Source: a virus. Taken from it: a stretch of 64,000 nt of DNA. Location of the stretch: IMG/VR virus record IMGVR_UViG_3300027850_000003, positions 32,001-96,000 of that record; one strand, 5' to 3'. The position numbers were made by a program, and so were the translations under genes. Positions 59,214 to 64,000 of the stretch are shown here, in pieces; within the stretch, counting starts at the first letter, position 1, and every line of letters starts with the position of its first letter. Under the pieces are notes generated by a model. That model worked only from the letters and a program-made list of their open reading frames with translations. It searched no databases and was not told the DNA's origin.

Positions 59214-59667
59214 AGTTAAAGTACAAAGTTCAATTTACAATCCTGAGACTGATTCGACTTCTTTAGTTACTAATAAAGTATATATTATTCAACGAGTAGT
59301 TAGGAGTGAGTTAGACACTATTATCCAATTACATAAAGAGGTTCTTATTAGGTTTTTAGATACTGATGCTAATATGGGAGAGTTTATCCGTAATAATGAG
59401 TCATGGGAATTACTTAAGACTTTAGCTAAAAATTTAAATATTTTAGGACAGAAAGAGAAAGGATTTGATTTAGAAGAAATTGCAGATGACTTAGAGCAAA
59501 TTTGCCAAATATTTATTTCTCAAAGTATGAGTGATGAGGGAGTGCTAGATTTAGAAGAAGGATGGAAACCGTCTCTCTTAGCAGATTTACATAAACTAGA
59601 TTTTCCTTTATATATGAGAGAAGCTATAAAAAAGTACCAGGAGAAGAGGGAAGAAAAGAAAGAGTAA
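59200..59667 (+). CDS. tail assembly chaperone (G-like)
   Basis: Upstream of the tape measure; slippery A AAA AAG at 59628-59634. Confidence 0.75.
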   Translation: MKNFKVKVQSSIYNPETDSTSLVTNKVYIIQRVVRSELDTIIQLHKEVLIRFLDTDANMGEFIRNNESWELLKTLAKNLNILGQKEKGFDLEEIADDLEQICQIFISQSMSDEGVLDLEEGWKPSLLADLHKLDFPLYMREAIKKYQEKREEKKE

Positions 59668-59981
59668 AATTATCTGCTCCTCTACCTAGTTCTGGTGATA
59701 GTTCTATTGACCAATTAGCTTTTCTCTTAGAAGTTTATAAAGAATATCCAATTAATCCAGTTAGAGATTTATGGGAGAAATTAGATAGTATCTCTTTAGA
59801 TTTACTAATTAATCAGACTCTTGAACATCATAGACCTCAAGAAGAAAGAAATAGAGAATTTGCAGTAGAGCTAGGAGAGAAGTTTAAGCAGGAGAAAGGA
59901 GATTCTTCTATCATTACTATAAATAATGGTAAACAAGTATCTGCCAACGATTTTATGAATTTTAAATTTGATAGTAATTAA
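59628..59981 (+). CDS. -1 frameshift extension of the tail chaperone (GT-like)
   Basis: Open -1 frame VPGEEGRKERVKLSAPLPSSGD...FKFDSN* with no start codon of its own. Confidence 0.75.
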   Translation, partial: KKVPGEEGRKERVKLSAPLPSSGDSSIDQLAFLLEVYKEYPINPVRDLWEKLDSISLDLLINQTLEHHRPQEERNREFAVELGEKFKQEKGDSSIITINNGKQVSANDFMNFKFDSN

Positions 59982-59983
59982 TA

Positions 59984-62900
59984 ATGGATACCAGTAGCAA
60001 TATTAAGTTTAACGTTGAGGGGGATGATAAGTTCTCTAAATTTCTAGAAAAAACTCAGAAGTCATTAAAAGAACTAAGTGAAAAGACTCTTAAAACTTTT
60101 AGTGCAGGGTTTAAATCATCTTCTGCTGAGATTACTAATAGTCAAAAAGCAGTAGAAAAGTTATTAGTTGAATATAATAAGCTCTCTAAGAATACTCTCA
60201 CTTTAAATAAAGCAACTCAGACATTAACTAAAAGTTTTGGGTTAGCTTTTGCTGCTTTTGGTGCTTATACTAATGTTATTCAGGCTAAGGCATATTTTGA
60301 TGTAGTTTTAGGTGGGGTTTTAGAAATTCGAGAAGCTCTTGAAAAGACAGGTCGAGGGTTAAACTTAATGGCTGCTAGCGGATACGATGCAGCTCCTCTA
60401 GTAAATACTTTTGGAGAAATAGCAGCAGTAATAACAGGTAATCAAGAAGCTATTGAGAACTTCACTACTAAATCTACTTTAGCTTTTAACTCGTTTGAAC
60501 AAAAACTAAATGAAGTAAATATTGTATTTGGTTTATCAAAAGAAAGGTTATCGGAATATGGAGATGCACTACAAAATGGATTAGAAAAGAATCTAAAGAA
60601 TAGTGTATCTTCGCTTACAGCATTAAACGCTGCATATCAAGCTGCTTCTGGTGGGTTTACTGAGTTTCAACAAAACCAAGATGTAGTGAATCTAGCAATT
60701 AAAGCTAATAAAGCTGCTCCTGGTAGTGACCTATACCAGCTTGGGGGTGCTATTAGTAAAGGTGCTGGACTATTAGAAACTAAAGATGTTAAAGAATTAG
60801 AAGTTGTTACTGCTAAATGGTTAGCCACTGAACAGTTAGGTTTAACTACTGTAGGAGAAATGACTGAATATCTTACTGGTATGTATTCAGCTCTTAAAAA
60901 TGCAGGTGTAGGTACTAATAAATTAGTAGATGAGACTCAAGGCTTAGTAGTAGCTTTTACTAAGTTAGGTGCTAAAGTTCCAGAGATTACTACTCAGATG
61001 GAAGCTTTTAGTAGAAATACTATTAGCAAAACTCCTGAAGCACAAAAAGCATTAGAAGGTTTAGTTGATGCTCAAGGTAAAGCGATTACTCTTAACCAAG
61101 AATATTTTAAAGATAAAGGAATAGTTCAAGGTATATTAGATTTTGCAGAAGCAGTAGGATATAACACTGAGAAGATTAAAGAAGTCTATAACGAGACTAA
61201 TGCTTTCAACTTTGCAATGAAAGTGTTAGCTCAGAATGGTAAATTAGCTAAAGACTCAATTGAGAGTATTAGTAAAGTTACTTCTGAAAATTTAACTGAA
61301 GCTTTTGACTCTGCTACTTCTTCCTCTCAAGCTAAGATGGAACAAATCACTAACTCCTATGATGAGATTATGATTTCTTTTGGTAAAGCTTTTAAACAAA
61401 GAAGTCAAGAAGGAATTGAATCTGTAGAGATTTATAAAAAATTATTAGTTACATTTAAAGACCCTCTTATTAAAATAGCGGAGACATCTATTGCTGTTTT
61501 CGATAATATTAGTAAAGTTACAGGAGTGTTAGGAGCAGTAGCTAAGACAATTATTAGTATTGGAGGTAGTCTGCTTAGCTTCAAAGCTTTTGGTTTAATT
61601 CTTGGTGGATTAACTAATGGTTTCAAAGATTTAAGAAAAGAAAGCTCAGTAATTAAAGACCTTTACACTTCTAATCAAGGTTTAGTAGCTATTGGTAAAC
61701 AGGTATTAGGAATAGACCAACAAAAACTACTAAGTCAAGACAGAATTAATAAAGCAATTGCTAACTCATCAACTTTAGAAAGAGAATTAACTAATTCAAT
61801 AGGTAAGACTAATGAAGCAAGAGCATCGTCTATTACAGCAGTACAAAAAGAAATAGACGCAATAGTAGCTAGAGATAACTCAGTTATTAAAGGACAAGCT
61901 AATGTAGCTAAAATAGAGGAATCTCTTCAAAAGAAGCAAGATAAAAGTAGGGGGTTACAAGATCAAGTAGTAGAGACAGAAGGTACAGTATCAACTACTG
62001 AAAATCTTAAAAAAACTATTGATACTAAATTAGCTGACGATATTGGAAATGTTCAAAGATTTAAAAAATTAGAAGAACTAAATGCTAAAGAATCTCTTAT
62101 CAGACAAGGGGAAATTGGGGATAGAGAAAAAGCTCAACTAAAGCAAATCAACTCTGAAAAACTTAGATTAAATAACACTTATTCTAATACTACTTTAAAT
62201 GAGTTAAAAGACTTAGAAAAGCAAAAAGATGTAATAAGAGCTAAAAGTAATAAGAGAGAAAAAGATTTTGTAGACTTAGCAAAACTTAGAACTAAAGAGT
62301 TAGAGGTATTAGCTAATGAAAAAGAGAAACAAAAAACTCGTACTCCACTAACAGATAAAGAAAAATCTAATTTATCTAAAGCTAGCGCTGACCTAACAAA
62401 TAAGATTAATCAGGAAGAATTAGTATTACTAAGTCAACGTCAGAAACTACAAGAAGCTAATAACTTAGTAGATAAGGAATCTGAAAAATTAAATAAAGCT
62501 AGAGTAAAAGAAACTGAAAATCTTAATAGAGTTACTAAAGCTACTACTGAGCTAGCAGTGCTACAACAAGATTTAAATACTAAAAAAACTACAAGTGATA
62601 GAGTCAATATTGCTACTGAAATTCAAAACCAGAAGCTTTACTCACTACAAAAAGATTTAAGGAAAGAGCAAAATACTCTTGATAAAATTAGAAATAAAGA
62701 TAGTCAGGAATATCAACAACAATTACAAAAAATATCTAAATTACAGGAGCAAGAAGCTGCTCAACAATCTACTGTTCAAAAAGCTAGAACTACTCAACAG
62801 CTAGCACAAAAAGAGTATAACAAAGCTGATGTAGAAGCTAGAACTAAATTAAGAGAACTTACTAAACAACAAGGCTTAGCTGAAGGTTCTTTAATAAGTT

Positions 62901-64000
62901 TAAAAACTAAATCAGGGGAAATTACTTTTAAAAATACTGCTTTTAATAGAGGAATAATCTCTTCAGTAGAAGGCTATGGAAAAACAATTACTGCACTACA
63001 AACTCCTTTTGAAAGTTTTGGGAAGTTGCAAGATAAATTAAAAAATAAAGTAATAGATTTAAAAACACAAATTAGTCAAACTGGGGCCGAGGCAAAAGTT
63101 GAATTAGACGCTGCTGGTAACAAAATCTTAACTACTTCTCAGAAAATAAGTAATAGTTTTAAATCTATAGGGGAGTCTTTTAAAGGAGCATTAATATCTA
63201 CTGGAATTGGATTAGTTATTGGGGCAGTGATAGGACTAGGAGTTAAGCTAGTTCAGATAGGTCAAGAACAAGCTAAATTAGATAAAATATATAAAGAGTT
63301 TAATATTACTTTAGAAGAGTCCGCTACTAAATTTGATAGAGCAAATATATCTTTTGATACTGGTACTCAAGGACTTAGTAAGTTTGGAGATAGGATAGAA
63401 AATTCTAAAAAATTAATGTTAGAGACATCTAGTGTCTGGGATGCTTTAGGCTCTACTGTAATGAAAGTAGTAGATTTAATAGTTTTTAATTTTACTAAAT
63501 TAAGTCCTGGGGGAATACTACTCTCTTCTATGTGGAATAGTTGGTCAGATGCAGCATTTACTAAAAGAGCTGCTAAGATGTCTCAAGTATCTGATTTTAT
63601 TCAAGTTTATGAGCTATCTCTTAGAGGACAAAATAAAGAGTTAGAGAAAGGGAATTTATTAACTGAAACTTCTAATCAAAAAATAAAAAATAAGATGATT
63701 CTTACTGGGGAAGACTTAGAGCGAGAAAAAGCTGCTAATTCTACTCGTATTGAGTCATTCCAATCTATGACAGATGTTCAAAAAAAGCAGCTAGAACAAC
63801 TAAAAAGTATTGGAGATAAATTAACTGATAGAGATAAAGCTCAAATTAGTATTCTTGAAGCTGAAATATCTAGACGAGAAAAATTAGTTGAAGTTAGTAA
63901 AAAACAATTTGAGAACCAACTTAAATATCAAGAAGCTCGTAATCTACTAATAGATAGAGAGAATAAGTTTAGTAACGAACAAGTATCTCTTAATGAATTA
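59984..64000 (+). CDS. tail tape measure protein (3' end beyond window; absent from ORF track)
   Basis: Long open frame from MDTSSNIKFNVEG; TP901-like core (FEQKLNEV, AAYQAASGG, TEQLGLTTVGEM) and coiled coil. Confidence 0.9.
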   Translation, partial: MDTSSNIKFNVEGDDKFSKFLEKTQKSLKELSEKTLKTFSAGFKSSSAEITNSQKAVEKLLVEYNKLSKNTLTLNKATQTLTKSFGLAFAAFGAYTNVIQAKAYFDVVLGGVLEIREALEKTGRGLNLMAASGYDAAPLVNTFGEIAAVITGNQEAIENFTTKSTLAFNSFEQKLNEVNIVFGLSKERLSEYGDALQNGLEKNLKNSVSSLTALNAAYQAASGGFTEFQQNQDVVNLAIKANKAAPGSDLYQLGGAISKGAGLLETKDVKELEVVTAKWLATEQLGLTTVGEMTEYLTGMYSALKNAGVGTNKLVDETQGLVVAFTKLGAKVPEITTQMEAFSRNTISKTPEAQKALEGLVDAQGKAITLNQEYFKDKGIVQGILDFAEAVGYNTEKIKEVYNETNAFNFAMKVLAQNGKLAKDSIESISKVTSENLTEAFDSATSSSQAKMEQITNSYDEIMISFGKAFKQRSQEGIESVEIYKKLLVTFKDPLIKIAETSIAVFDNISKVTGVLGAVAKTIISIGGSLLSFKAFGLILGGLTNGFKDLRKESSVIKDLYTSNQGLVAIGKQVLGIDQQKLLSQDRINKAIANSSTLERELTNSIGKTNEARASSITAVQKEIDAIVARDNSVIKGQANVAKIEESLQKKQDKSRGLQDQVVETEGTVSTTENLKKTIDTKLADDIGNVQRFKKLEELNAKESLIRQGEIGDREKAQLKQINSEKLRLNNTYSNTTLNELKDLEKQKDVIRAKSNKREKDFVDLAKLRTKELEVLANEKEKQKTRTPLTDKEKSNLSKASADLTNKINQEELVLLSQRQKLQEANNLVDKESEKLNKARVKETENLNRVTKATTELAVLQQDLNTKKTTSDRVNIATEIQNQKLYSLQKDLRKEQNTLDKIRNKDSQEYQQQLQKISKLQEQEAAQQSTVQKARTTQQLAQKEYNKADVEARTKLRELTKQQGLAEGSLISLKTKSGEITFKNTAFNRGIISSVEGYGKTITALQTPFESFGKLQDKLKNKVIDLKTQISQTGAEAKVELDAAGNKILTTSQKISNSFKSIGESFKGALISTGIGLVIGAVIGLGVKLVQIGQEQAKLDKIYKEFNITLEESATKFDRANISFDTGTQGLSKFGDRIENSKKLMLETSSVWDALGSTVMKVVDLIVFNFTKLSPGGILLSSMWNSWSDAAFTKRAAKMSQVSDFIQVYELSLRGQNKELEKGNLLTETSNQKIKNKMILTGEDLEREKAANSTRIESFQSMTDVQKKQLEQLKSIGDKLTDRDKAQISILEAEISRREKLVEVSKKQFENQLKYQEARNLLIDRENKFSNEQVSLNEL

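Noticed and set aside
27361-61626. Antisense or out-of-frame ORFs in the late region (27361, 34174, 35889, 36300, 41720, 45194, 52353, 52691, 53689, 56332, 58234, 61432)
   Set aside because: Overlap well-supported genes and have no independent evidence
1-64000. Stop-codon reassignment
   Set aside because: Genes are intact and densely packed under the standard code, and TAA, TAG and TGA all terminate genes

Overview
A 64-kb segment of an AT-rich, tailed dsDNA phage genome, probably long-tailed and non-contractile. The host is inferred to be a filamentous cyanobacterium from the HicB, LRR, C39 peptidase and PatX-like genes. 1-25.9 kb is a leftward early/middle region of small genes: macrodomain, RuvC, Rnl2-type RNA ligase, dNMP kinase, GIY-YIG nucleases, orphan HicB and a Csx15-like protein. 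It is driven by sigma70-type promoters in a 1.1-kb non-coding gap at 25.9-27.0 kb. 27-64 kb is the rightward packaging/morphogenesis region: TerS, TerL, MuF-like protein, prohead protease, scaffold, decoration, gpE-type capsid, lysis genes, tail genes, a frameshifted tail chaperone and a tape measure that runs off the window. Main unexplained signals: (1) twelve tRNA-minihelix-like RNA elements (acceptor-like stem plus 5-bp T-stem and 7-nt T-loop, with covariation) punctuating the early operon; (2) repeat-flanked SF2-helicase-like genes and GIY-YIG genes sharing one C-terminal domain, inserted into conserved gene junctions; (3) a phage Csx15-like candidate anti-type-III-CRISPR protein; (4) an unannotated PatX-like peptide; (5) a PAS-domain protein in the lysis cassette. 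All assignments come from reading the sequence by eye; no searches were run.
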